In this document: positions 53,901 to 58,920 of the stretch, one piece after another | How positions within the stretch are numbered: the first letter of the stretch is position 1 | Layout of the letters: every line of letters starts with the position of its first letter | Assembly: GCA_028286585.1 (NCBI GenBank) | Contig: JAQBRI010000009.1 | Location: 28,010 to 92,009, forward strand | DNA: 64,000 nt | Reading direction: 5' to 3' | Source of the DNA: Candidatus Kaiserbacteria bacterium | GTDB taxonomy: Bacteria > Patescibacteriota > Minisyncoccia > Phycocordibacterales > UBA2100 | Program-made: the position numbers and the translations under genes | The notes under the pieces: model-generated | What the model saw: only the letters and a program-made list of their open reading frames with translations | The model's database searches: none | Told to the model about the DNA's origin: nothing

Positions 53901-56818
53901 CCCGAATATGCTGCGCCTCCTGCGCCGCCTGCTGCTCCTCCTCCGCCTGTTCCTCCTATGTGTGCAGTTCCAAGAGATGCGTCACCTCCAGTTCCACCAA
54001 CTTGTCCAACTTTTCCCGTTGACCCAGTTGCAGTAACGGCGCCTGTCGCAAAGACCGCTGTTGTCGTACCAGTAATAATACCGCCAAGGTTATTTTGTCC
54101 AACGAGTCCGCCCGCATATGCTATAGCACCTGCTCCACCTACTCCGCCTGCACCACCAGTTGCTGCAGTGAGCGTAGTTGCAACAGCAGAAGCGCCGGCA
54201 GTTGCGCCAGCCGAACCATTGCCCGGTGTTCCTCCGGTTGATTGCACGACGCCTGTTGCGTTACTGCCCGTTTGAATTATTCCCAAGTTGTTTCCGACAA
54301 GTCCTCCGACATACGAAACACCGCCGGCTCCACCTGTGCCGCCGGCGCCTCCTGCTCCACCAATTGCAGCACCGCCTCCAGCACCACCTACGCCCGCAGT
54401 GCCGGCTGCTCCGCCCAATCCGCCGGTTCCGGTTACTGTTCCTGTTGCGGTAACAGAAGTCAGGATTCCTGCATTCACCCATCCGGCAAGGCCACCAACA
54501 TAATCAATACCTCCCGCTGCTGCAAGACCAACAGCTCCGCCTGCGCCTCCAATACCTGTTCCAGCATTAGCACCTCCGGCACCACTATTTCCAGAAGCAC
54601 CTCCTGCGCCTCCCGTTCCTATAACATTTACACCACTCGTTGCAGCTGTAATATTTCCTTGTTGAGAATAACCAACGACTCCACCAACGTAGACTGTTCC
54701 TCCCAATGCTGCCGCATTCGAAACACTTGCTCCGCCCGCGCCTGCCGTAGTCGCGCCGCTCGTTGTGTTTCCGCCTGCTGCCGCATTACCTGCTGCGCCT
54801 CCTGCACCTCCTACACCTGTTACATTTCCAGAAACACTTACGTTTGAAATCGTACCAATGTTGTATCCGACCAGTCCTCCCACATACATAGTTGCTGCAG
54901 CAGTTCCTGCCGTACCGGTTCCTCCAGCAGTTGGTGTCGTACCTGCAGTTCCAGCAGTTCCAGCGGTACCGGCAACACCCGCCGTACTTGTTGCACTAAT
55001 CAACTCGCCCGAGAGAATAACGTTTTTGATAGTGTTGTTAGAAAAACCAAAAAGACCAACATAGTTGAGCGTTGTCGTACTTATAAAAAGATTACTGATG
55101 GTAAAGTTTGCACCATCAAAGATTCCACTAAAGTTGGTTGTGTTATCGCCTATCGGCACAAAGCCTGCACCCAAGTTCCATCCCGATGTTACCGTCGCAT
55201 TAATATTATTATTAAGTTTGTATGAGTTGGTAAGTCCGGTTCGAATACCCTGCAAACCATATACGTCGTACGTAATAAAAGGATCGGTACTCACGCCAAT
55301 GCCGGTATATCGTCTAAAGGTTCCCGCTGTTACCGAAAAGTTTCCCGTCGCAGCAAATGTATTGGTGCCGGGATTGTTTGCAACAAAAGTTGCGGCTGAT
55401 GATTGCACATAATTTCCCGACAAACCTCCAGCGTTCGAAATCGTAAGACTCGCATTTTGTGTAATGGTACCAGTGTAGCCGGCGATCGTGAGCGATCCAA
55501 TAGTAAAAGCAGTATCAATGTTTGATGCGTTTGATCCTGTATCAAATATCACATCGGTGTTTACATCAGGAGTAGAAGCACCGGACGCGCCGTTAGATGT
55601 TGCCGACCAGCTTCCGGTCGAGCTCCACAAAGCGCCCGAAGCACCAACCCAGTATCGTGTCGTCGGGTCGACGACATAATCAATATCAACATTTCCAATA
55701 ATCTTAAGATCAAACTCGTCGGTCGGAGTTTGAAGATTGGTCAAAAGAATACGGTACTTTCCATCATGATCAATTGCATCAAACGTGCCGACAAGTACAC
55801 CATCAAGTGTGTACACTTCTACGCGCACCGATGCACCATCGTGTGACCGAGCATACAACGTAATGTCTTTTGTATTGTCGAGCAGCTGTGCAAACGTAAC
55901 GCGCACAAACTGTCCGTCAGAAATATTTGCATACTGCTGGTCTTGCGATTGCAAGAGTGGATACACATCGCCAATTGTATTTTTGTTTGCATCAAGTTGC
56001 AGTGCCTTCGAAATATAAATAATGGTAAATGTCTGAGTCGACAAGTGCGGCACGATCCACGCAACATGATCTATGTATCCGTTACCATCGTCATCAAACG
56101 ATTGAAACTCCATAACTTGATTTGCATTGTTCTGCCAATTTATTTTTATCTGATCTTCTTGACCAACCTTAAATATTTCTGGAATAGCAGTTCGCACCGG
56201 TACGTTCAAGATTGGTGTTATTTCATTTTCAAGATCCGCGACAGATACGACAACTGTCTTGCCATTGTCGTTTGTGTGTTCGGTGATCGTAGGCACCTGC
56301 ACCAGAATCGGTAACGCAAGATCCGAAGTCGATGCAGTATTTTGTGAATTTAAAAAAGTATCAGTCGACGTTGCTGTCAAAATTGCAGCACCACCTGAAC
56401 TAGTAAAAATATTTTGCACAGAACTCGATGCGCTGGTGTTATCAGAAATTATTTCTGTCGAAGATGCTTGAGTAAATGAAGTATCAGTTGAAGTTGCAAT
56501 ACTACTGCTCGCATTAATTACTTCACTTTGTAAACTATCGGTAGAAGTCGTTGCGGGGGGCTGTATTTTAGCATCACCCGAATCCTGTGAAACTTGGCTT
56601 CCCTGCCCAACCTGGTCGTCGGAGCTGGTAGCGACTGGCGCAGGAGTAGTCGCATCCTCTGTTGAAGTTACGATTACAGTATTTGTATCAGTGACAATTG
56701 GCGTTGCATCATCAGCATGCGTCGATACAACGTTTCCAAATAATATTCCAAGTACAAAAAAAACCCCTACAACAATTTGTAGCGGTAATCGGAATATTCT
56801 AAAAAATGGCTCAATCAC
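38993..56818 (-). CDS. Giant (5941 aa) cell-surface protein: signal-anchor, Ser/Thr-rich stalk, beta-rich N-domain, about 3200 aa of Gly-rich GLUG-like repeats, 21 fibronectin type III domains, unknown C-domain, poly-Gly linker, C-terminal type-I dockerin
   Basis: Single uninterrupted ORF with GTG start. Repeated YVGGLVG.N.G.I..SYATGNV..GG.GG.GGAGG units. FN3 units PNAPTSVTAV.GNGQATITFTPPVSNGG.AIT.YTVSSNTGGFTATGGSSPITITGLTNGTTYTFTVTATN repeated 19 times almost verbatim plus 2 divergent. C-terminus DINGDGKVNGIDFSILLAYWK...DLNHDGKVDSVDFSILLYHWKK is two calcium-binding dockerin repeats (DxNxDGxVNxxD). Preceded by 16 consecutive Gly. Confidence 0.85.
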   Translation of the reverse strand: MIEPFFRIFRLPLQIVVGVFFVLGILFGNVVSTHADDATPIVTDTNTVIVTSTEDATTPAPVATSSDDQVGQGSQVSQDSGDAKIQPPATTSTDSLQSEVINASSSIATSTDTSFTQASSTEIISDNTSASSSVQNIFTSSGGAAILTATSTDTFLNSQNTASTSDLALPILVQVPTITEHTNDNGKTVVVSVADLENEITPILNVPVRTAIPEIFKVGQEDQIKINWQNNANQVMEFQSFDDDGNGYIDHVAWIVPHLSTQTFTIIYISKALQLDANKNTIGDVYPLLQSQDQQYANISDGQFVRVTFAQLLDNTKDITLYARSHDGASVRVEVYTLDGVLVGTFDAIDHDGKYRILLTNLQTPTDEFDLKIIGNVDIDYVVDPTTRYWVGASGALWSSTGSWSATSNGASGASTPDVNTDVIFDTGSNASNIDTAFTIGSLTIAGYTGTITQNASLTISNAGGLSGNYVQSSAATFVANNPGTNTFAATGNFSVTAGTFRRYTGIGVSTDPFITYDVYGLQGIRTGLTNSYKLNNNINATVTSGWNLGAGFVPIGDNTTNFSGIFDGANFTISNLFISTTTLNYVGLFGFSNNTIKNVILSGELISATSTAGVAGTAGTAGTAGTTPTAGGTGTAGTAAATMYVGGLVGYNIGTISNVSVSGNVTGVGGAGGAAGNAAAGGNTTSGATTAGAGGASVSNAAALGGTVYVGGVVGYSQQGNITAATSGVNVIGTGGAGGASGNSGAGGANAGTGIGGAGGAVGLAAAGGIDYVGGLAGWVNAGILTSVTATGTVTGTGGLGGAAGTAGVGGAGGGAAIGGAGGAGGTGGAGGVSYVGGLVGNNLGIIQTGSNATGVVQSTGGTPGNGSAGATAGASAVATTLTAATGGAGGVGGAGAIAYAGGLVGQNNLGGIITGTTTAVFATGAVTATGSTGKVGQVGGTGGDASLGTAHIGGTGGGGAAGGAGGAAYSGGLVGLNSGIIISSFSNTGLVTVVGGTGGVGGTGGAGGTKGSSGTSGAGGASGTGGSANVLSTYAGGLVGSNTGIIQTSSAQNIVNGTGGAGGAGANGVTGLTGLAGLAGGIGGAGAILYVGGLAGNNALTITDSNYTIGSVTGVAGAGGAAGAGGAGGTGALAGAAGTATAGGIVYAGGFVGNNTGSTLTNDFSTGNVSGTAGAGGAAAAGGAGGTSLAGITGGTGAVGGIAYVGGLVGFLTTGEILTSYATGTVNSLGGTGGIGGAGGAGGTGAASTTGGAGALGGTGGAGGAAFGGGLVGIISLGTVTTSYAVGSTTVTGGTGGIGGVGGAGGTGGTNAIGGVGATGGNGGAGGISTAGGLVGQNGGIIRTTSYSTGNVTSVGGTPGNAGAGGAGGATTATFNSGTAAAGGLGGNGGAGAIAYAGGLVGNNLNEIINSYASGSIVATGSTGKNGGAAGVAGNGSAGGSSHVGAVGATGGTAGAGGDSFAGGLVGLNTSTIINAYIESGSVISQGGASGIGANGGAGGTGGSGALGGVGGVGGTSVSLGGFAYAGGLVANNSTSGVILGSHATINATSTAGVTGSGGNGGVGGTGAAGGAGAAVALGKAAYAGGLAGNSSGVINGSYATGNASATGGAGGAGGSGGNGGAGTTGGAGGNTSASAAASNAAGLAYAGGLVGFNTTNGIIQNGSHASGNALATGGVGAAGATTGNGGNSSGAFAGGSAGTTGGVAGLSGEAGGLAAAGGLVGFNAAVVSPDSYAAGNAVALGGAAGNGGLAGTPGTSGAGVAGAAGITSGAGGVGGASYAGGVIGNDSVLGTTISLPNTTGTISSTGGAGGTGVTGGVGGAGGSTAGAIGGAGGAGGAGGTGGLAAGGGIMGFNTGIIRDVTYTITSISVVGGAAGGAGAGGAAGASGNIAGGTGATGGTGGIGGVGGAEYIGGLVGDNSGVLINDIVIGSLTASGRSGGTGGAGGNGGDGTLGTGGHAGGVAGTGGTGGGGGVVYIGGLAGQGNGNIASSSSSGGTITVTLGGSGGVGGTGGTGGAGGSGSGRNGTGGTGGAGGVAGPIYSGGAIGLNSLADVIIESLSSSDDVTITEGSGGAGGAAVAGTNGAVGGTGGAGGGGGALNFGAYAGGLEGFNSGTGQSINNSRASGNITVTGGAGGAGAVGGAGGSGVTNSITGGAGAVGGIGGAGGFANGGGLLGFTNTNVFIGNSFTSGNVTVLAGVGGAAGNGGAGGAGGTASAGGAGATGGAAGLGGASYAGGLVAAAAASGGNIATSSSTGIIRGTSGAGGASGSGGAGGAGGSASLGGAGGNGAVGGGGGVNYTGGLVGDSPTTIQSSFHTTGAVSAFSGAGGAAGAGGTAGASGNISAGTAAAGGAGASGGVAGAVNVGGLVGRNNTVAGIINNSYATSDVNATGGSGGAGGVGGAGGDGTLATNHLGGTGGVGGAGGAGGGLVAGALQAGGLVGQNFVGTITNSYSQTGTVTVTGSAGGASAQGGAGGVGTGTALYGIAGAGGAGGAGGGVYVGGLVGYSIGVIQTSYSKTALNVTGGAGQNGTAGRSGAAGGGAAGSAGGAGGASSLIHVGGLVGNNASEIIASYASVDAGSGKGNISVAGGAMGNGANGGAGGSGLAAGSAGGAGGVGGVGGAGGGTFVGGLAGFNSAAGIITTSYSDTIAISGTEQTAGTGGIGGAGGTGVGAFAGGTGTAGGAGGAGSARSYGGLVGDNLGTIQNNSYSSISFSVTGGTGGTGGVGGAGGTSGSTIASGIAAAGGAGGAGGAGGVTYGGGLVGRINATTQTLQILNSYATGNATVTGGTGGTGGAGGVGGDGSTGTVTHAGSAGALGGSAGIGGDGNAGGLVGYTNVTSGIVNYSFDYATGNASSTGGNAGTAGTSGNGGASRTTVAGGAGGGAVLAAAGGSGFAGGLIGLNFVTTGGQSDIVNSYATGAVSATGGIGSTGNTGGVGANGAASSVGGAGGAGGIGGAGGDGNAGGLAGFTGATTGANNVLTSYATGNIVTSTSGTGGNGGSAGASGTSGSAAVGAATGGGGTSGAGGAAYAGGLVGRTSATASNNLIITSSYSTDNVIANGGTSGNGAAGVIGGAGGSGSIGGTGGLGGATGVGGAAYAGGLVAFNFGTIQGNSYATGNATSTSGTAGTPGAGAAGGASGSVSGSTAASGGAGGAGGAGGAAYVGGLIAHNTAIGVVLNSFALGSVVSIAKNGATGATGGAGGDGSLGTSAHVGGTGGTGGAGGIGGASYSGGLIGNNVNALNTIATSYAIGASVTGTSGVGGSGGTGGIGGLPGAAGVGGAGGAGGAAVSGGVLYTGGLIGFNDGTVLSGSYASTTVLGSAGAGGVGGTGGAGVAGGIATAANGATGGAGGSAGAAGVGGIAYAGGFNGYNNTGRTIKDSYANSSVTVTGGAGGVGGLGGNGAAGGAGIVAGTGGTGGIAGARTAGGVGGIAYGGGFVGQNNGGTISTSYGTGAVNVNGSAGGVGGAGGVGGNGGAGGPTGAGGIGGAMGATAAGGAGGAAYAGGLVGQNASGSTVLSSWSSGNVSLVGGAGASAGLSGTVSTGGAGGTLAGGAGGASVAGGNGGAGGASFAGGLMGADLATGTFNTSYSSGNVSITGGNGGNGAVGGKGGNGGVGGSGGSGNGGAGATGGTGGTGGVGGDVTGGGLVGQNTGVITNTYARGNVTITAGTPGTGAIGGAGGNAGAAGGGVAGVNGTGATGGAGGAGGNAYAGGLFGSNNAVITNTYATGVPTGTKTSGATGGTGGAAGTGGTGGAAGASGATGAAALQYVGGIVGNPIGGSYVSDYWDNVTSGKSNGVGNGADPAGMTGTTTTALKTQATYTNWDFVSPVWAITPGTTYAYLNYQTVPNAPTSVTAVPGNGQATITFAPPVNSGGSPITNYTVSSNTGGFTATGGSSPITITGLTNGTTYTFTVTATNASGTSISSGTSNAVTPATAPGAPTIGTATRGNGQATITFTPPVSNGGTAITTYTVSSNTGGFTATGGSSPITITGLVNGTTYTFTVTATNSAGTSSPSGTSNSVVPATVPGAPTGVSAVRGDTQATVSFTPPVNNGGSAITTYTVTSNVGGFTGTGSGSPIVVTGLTNGISYSFTVTATNAVGTSTASIASNSVIPATAPGAPTSVTATGGNGQATITFTPPVSNGGSAITTYTVSSNTGGFTATGGSSPITITGLVNGTTYTFTVTASSALGTSTPSSTSNSVVPATVPDAPTIGTATRGNTQATITFTPPVSNGGSAITGYTVTSNTGGFTATGGSSPITVTGLTNGTAYTFTVTATNSVGTSTASNATNSATPATIPDAPTSVIGTAGNGQVTISFTPGNTGGSPITLYTVSSNTGGFTTSGGSSPITLIGLTNGTAYTFTVTATNAVGTSASSSASSSVTPATVPDAPTSVSAVRGDTQATISFTPPVNNGGSAVTTYTVSSNVGGLTATGGSSPITITGLTNGTIYTFTVTATNSAGTSTASGTSNAITPAGVPSAPTSVTAVAGNGQATISFTPGNNNGSSISIYTVSSNTGGFTATGGSSPITVTGLTNGTAYTFTVTETNAIGTSTNSGTSNTITPATAPGAPTSVSAVAGNGQATVSFTPPVSNGGSAITTYTVSSNTGGFTATGGSSPITITGLTNGTTYTFTVTGTNSAGTSTASATSNTVVPATTPNAPTIGTVTRGNGEVTVTFTPPVSNGGAAITTYTVSSNTGGFTATGGSSPITVTGLTNGTAYTFTVTATNSVGTSASSSASASVTPATIPDAPTSVTAVRGDTQATISFTPPVSNGGAAITTYTVTSNVGGFTATGGSSPITVTGLSNGVVYAFTVTANNSAGTSTSSGISNSITPAGVPSAPTSVTAVGGNGQATITFTPGSNNGSAITNYTVTSNIGGFNVTGISSPLTVTGLTNGTAYTFTVTATNGVGTSTSSTLSNSVTPATVPNAPTGAVATAGNGQATITFTPPVSNGGAAITTYTVTSNSGGFTASGSGSPITVTGLTNGTAYTFTVTATNGVGTSTSSTLSNSVTPATAPGAPTSVSAVAGNGQATITFTPPVSNGGSAITNYTVSSNTGGFTATGGGSPITITGLTNGTTYTFTVTASNNVGTSTASSASNSVTPVTVPNAPTAVTAVSGNGQATVSFTPGSNNGSAITNYTVSSNTGGFTASGGSSPITITGLTNGTTYTFTVTATNAVGTSTPSGTSNTVVPATTPNAPTSVTAVSGNGQATITFTPPVNNGGAAVTSYTVTSSSGGLTATGGSSPITVTGLTNGTTYTFTVTATNAAGTSTASSASNSVIPGTVPNSPTGISAVGGNGQATITFTPPVSNGGAAITNYTVSSNTGGFTATGGSSPITITGLTNGTTYTFTVTATNSIGTSTSSGTSNSVTPATVPDAPTSISAVAGNGQATVSFTPPVSNGGAAITNYTVSSNTGGFTATGGSSPITITGLVNGTTYTFTVTATNNVGTSTSSGTSNSVVPAGGPSAPTSVAAVGGDGTATITFSPPSFTGGSAITSYTVTSNIGNFTATGGSSPITVTGLTNGTAYTFTVTATNAIGTSISSAATNSVTPATVPDAPTNLAAAIADSSVNLTWSAPGFNGGSPITSYTVTSNGGVFSTTTNGTSATIQGLTNGTTYTFTVTATNAVGTSTSSGTSNAATPASVPGAPINLAAIVQDSSINLSWSAPISNGGSPVTDYVVEYKLSSGGTWSIFSDGISTTPTTMVTSLSNNNSYDFRISAKNLVGRGTTTIPVSATPGAPAQVLIQSFSGLTVPSIATAVRITNEGSIAYEYQYTWCVTDSATNSCGGGDDIFSSTAAKLIQPGANFDTTLSSTVPVIGTYWFHVAVQYGSASSSASQSFTAIAAPVQNPGNGGGGGGGGGGGGGGGDNSPPVATPAATTEVIGDINGDGKVNGIDFSILLAYWKTKPPFKNNKVDLNHDGKVDSVDFSILLYHWKK
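39205..39252 (-). repeat. (GGN)16 simple repeat encoding a poly-Gly linker before the dockerin
   Basis: Plus strand cctccgcctcccccacctcctccacctccgccaccgccacctcc; protein GNGGGGGGGGGGGGGGGGDN. Confidence 0.8.
39700..45265 (-). repeat. Tandem array of about 20 near-identical repeats of about 270-285 bp, each encoding one FN3 domain
   Basis: DNA visibly repeats: the triplet sequence ...gtaactgtaaatgtgtacgttgttccatttgtgagaccagtaattgtaattggtgaagagccacc... recurs at about 275-bp spacing through the region. Confidence 0.85.
45400..55000 (-). repeat. Degenerate tandem repeats (about 180-210 bp units) encoding Gly-rich GLUG-like modules; extreme strand compositional skew (coding strand GGN-rich)
   Basis: Plus strand is dominated by CCNCC/GCNCC runs (antisense of GGN codons), generating many spurious Pro/Ala-rich plus-strand ORFs. 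Confidence 0.8.
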
Positions 56819-56953
56819 TGGGTAATTATACTATGTACCCTGCCCTAGATAGGGGGTCAAATGTTGATAAGTGTATAAGTCCTAATGCACCTTCTCTACG
56901 CCTTTTTGTATTCGTTCCAAACAGTAGTTGTTGGGCTTGTCTAACTAGTCGGA

Positions 56954-57439
56954 TCAATCAACCTCCTCATTGTCGAGCGACAAATCTTTGCTGTTTTCAG
57001 AAATTTGAGCCGATGTTCGTAGGTACCCGATAAGGTCTCGAGTCGCTACATTTGCGATTAGCGGCTTCATTGCGAGCTTCATTAACTTTTCGATTCTAAA
57101 GATGCCATCTTCTCCTTTTTCGGTAAGAGCAAGTACCCGCTCACGCCGGTCTTCACCCTGAGAAACTTTTATCCATTTGTTTTTCTCCATCGAAATAATC
57201 GCTCTACTTACTAGTGATGGCTGTACTCCAAGCGCTGCTGCAACTTCGCTCGCGCGCATACTTGTGTGTGAGTGCGAAAGAATACCAAGGATGGCCCATT
57301 CCAAATTCGTAAGACCTTGCGGCTTGAGGACCTCGGCACTCACCTGCTTGAACACTCGATACCCTTTCGCCTGGATAAGACCAATGTCGTACGTTGTGTG
57401 ATCTTTAAACAAAAGTGCGATATCAGAAAATATACCCAT
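56954..57439 (-). CDS. MarR-family transcriptional regulator
   Basis: Winged-HTH region LTNLEWAILGILSH...MRASEVAAALGVQPSLVSRAIISMEKNKWI typical of MarR; immediately upstream of the giant gene, same strand. Confidence 0.75.
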   Translation of the reverse strand: MGIFSDIALLFKDHTTYDIGLIQAKGYRVFKQVSAEVLKPQGLTNLEWAILGILSHSHTSMRASEVAAALGVQPSLVSRAIISMEKNKWIKVSQGEDRRERVLALTEKGEDGIFRIEKLMKLAMKPLIANVATRDLIGYLRTSAQISENSKDLSLDNEEVD

Positions 57440-57549
57440 AGAAATTTATTATACAGCATGTGCGTGAGTAATCTTTTTAATACAAAAACCCACAAGACCA
57501 GCCAAAGGCGATCTTGTGGATTTTTCTGCAAAAGAGAATATCAAAAACG

Positions 57550-57738
57550 TTAATGTCCAACCGAGAAGGCGAATGCAATCGCAAAAATTACGACGAACAC
57601 TGCAATTTCAACAAGTATAGCTACTATAATCAATCGCCAATACATTGCCCACATCATACCGATGAGAGTTTTGTTTGGATACTTTTCGACAAACTCTTTA
57701 AACGAAGGATTCAAACCGCCCAGATTCCACCAAGTCAT
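57550..57738 (-). CDS. Small membrane protein (62 aa)
   Basis: One strongly hydrophobic TM (LIIVAILVEIAVFVVIFAIAFAF); upstream of marR-like gene on the same strand. Confidence 0.35.
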   Translation of the reverse strand: MTWWNLGGLNPSFKEFVEKYPNKTLIGMMWAMYWRLIIVAILVEIAVFVVIFAIAFAFSVGH

Positions 57739-57877
57739 ACTGTATATATATTATGTTTCTAAATAAGAGCTAAACCAAAGTGCGTGAGCCATGCGACTCA
57801 CGTACGTATTGTGACATGTGTTTAGCGGATTGATTATATTTGTCCCCTATCTTATATGACAAATATATTTTTACACA

Positions 57878-58477
57878 CTATTTGACTGCCTGCTTTTTTA
57901 TTACGTACCTGCCAAAAAAAGCCAATGTACCTGTAAGTCCATTTACTAAAAGTAGATAGATAGGAAAAATAAGATTTGCCGGATCAAAAATTGTAGTCGA
58001 TATAACAGCAAGTCCAGATGCAAAAGCAATCAGCAGCCATTGAGTAGGTGCTTCCGACCAAGGATCCTTAAAAGCTTTTATAACAGTCGGGACCGCGGCC
58101 ATTGCATCTGCCAAGACTGCGAACAAAATTGCCAAAATCGGCTGCTGCGTTAGTAGCCAAGAAAACATCGCCAGTACTGCCAGAGCGGTGCATATCCATT
58201 CAAGCCGACCATATTTACCATATCCATAACCAAACAGACAAAGAATAACTACCGAACATGTACCGATAAAATCCCCTATCAAAAGTGCCAATGACCATGA
58301 TGCTCCAGAACTAAATTGAGCCAGGATGGAAATAAAAAGCAAAAGTGCCCACAGTGAAAATGAGAAAAAATTGGGACGAGTAGTGCCGTGCAAAATATCC
58401 TTAATGTATGGAATCACGGCCAACATTGCGATGAGACCTGCGACACTTCCAACTATTACATGCCAGTCGAAAATCAT
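57878..58477 (-). CDS. Hypothetical integral membrane protein (about 6 TM)
   Basis: 199 aa, multiple hydrophobic helices; 4-bp overlap with the upstream small gene. Confidence 0.45.
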   Translation of the reverse strand: MIFDWHVIVGSVAGLIAMLAVIPYIKDILHGTTRPNFFSFSLWALLLFISILAQFSSGASWSLALLIGDFIGTCSVVILCLFGYGYGKYGRLEWICTALAVLAMFSWLLTQQPILAILFAVLADAMAAVPTVIKAFKDPWSEAPTQWLLIAFASGLAVISTTIFDPANLIFPIYLLLVNGLTGTLAFFGRYVIKKQAVK

Positions 58478-58479
58478 AT

Positions 58480-58800
58480 TTATTCAACAACCTCTATCGG
58501 GTACACATCGGTTGCGGGCTCTTCGTATGGATGAACTTCTTTAATTGCCTTTAAGATGCCCTTTAGCTTTTCCTCCGAGCACACTGTCTCGATGCGCTCC
58601 TCTGCCGTTTTTTCAAGCTTTCCTACTTCGCCAACGGTTGGATTACTTCCTTCCCCTGGCATAAATTGGCCCGTACCTTTGATGGTGAACATGCAGTGCG
58701 TATAGTTGCCTATAACGCCGGCCCCCGCATTCCCCATCGCCTCTCGCAACTTGTCTGCATGCGATTCTGGAACATATACGACGATCTTAAACTTTTTCAT
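58480..58800 (-). CDS. Small conserved cytoplasmic protein (PII-like/Nif3-insert-like fold family, COG3323-type) - tentative
   Basis: KIVVYVPESHADKLREAM..AGAGVIGNYTHCMFTIKGTGQFMPGEGSNPTVGEVGKLEKTAEERIETVC..EVHPYEEPATDVYPI resembles a widespread about 105-aa family (..GAG.IGNY.HCSF...GTG.FRP..GANPFIGE.G.LE..EE.K.E..C...AHPYEEPA.DV.P.); recalled from memory. Confidence 0.35.
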   Translation of the reverse strand: MKKFKIVVYVPESHADKLREAMGNAGAGVIGNYTHCMFTIKGTGQFMPGEGSNPTVGEVGKLEKTAEERIETVCSEEKLKGILKAIKEVHPYEEPATDVYPIEVVE

Positions 58801-58920
58801 ATATCTCCATAGTAGCGCTTTTATCTGGATGTGGAAATGCCATTTTTAAAAAGTAGACAAGGGTGTCATCTAGGAGTACTGTTTTCTTAGGAATAAGTTC
58901 CTAACAGAAAGGCAATAGCA

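Noticed and set aside
39054-56471. Dozens of plus-strand ORFs (60-320 aa) inside the giant gene, many Pro/Ala-rich (for example 51033-51833, 52005-52964, 53676-54275, 41706-42203, 42411-43067)
   Set aside because: They are antisense shadows of the GGN/GCN/ACN-rich coding strand, so each GGN codon reads as NCC, giving Pro/Ala/Thr. The minus-strand frame is open for 17.8 kb with coherent domain architecture, and none of the plus-strand ORFs has independent start context or a plausible fold.
57878-58477. CrcB fluoride channel next to a PII-like small protein
   Set aside because: The protein is 199 aa with about 6 TM segments and lacks the short dual-topology CrcB architecture (about 125 aa, 4 TM, GxxRY-like motif).
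58480-58800. CutA1 divalent-cation tolerance protein or DUF77/YkoF assignment for the 106-aa protein
   Set aside because: The sequence lacks the CutA1 and YkoF conserved motifs I can recall. The GNY.HC...GTG.F.P..G.NP..GE...HPYEEP pattern fits a different small conserved family, so it is kept as tentative.
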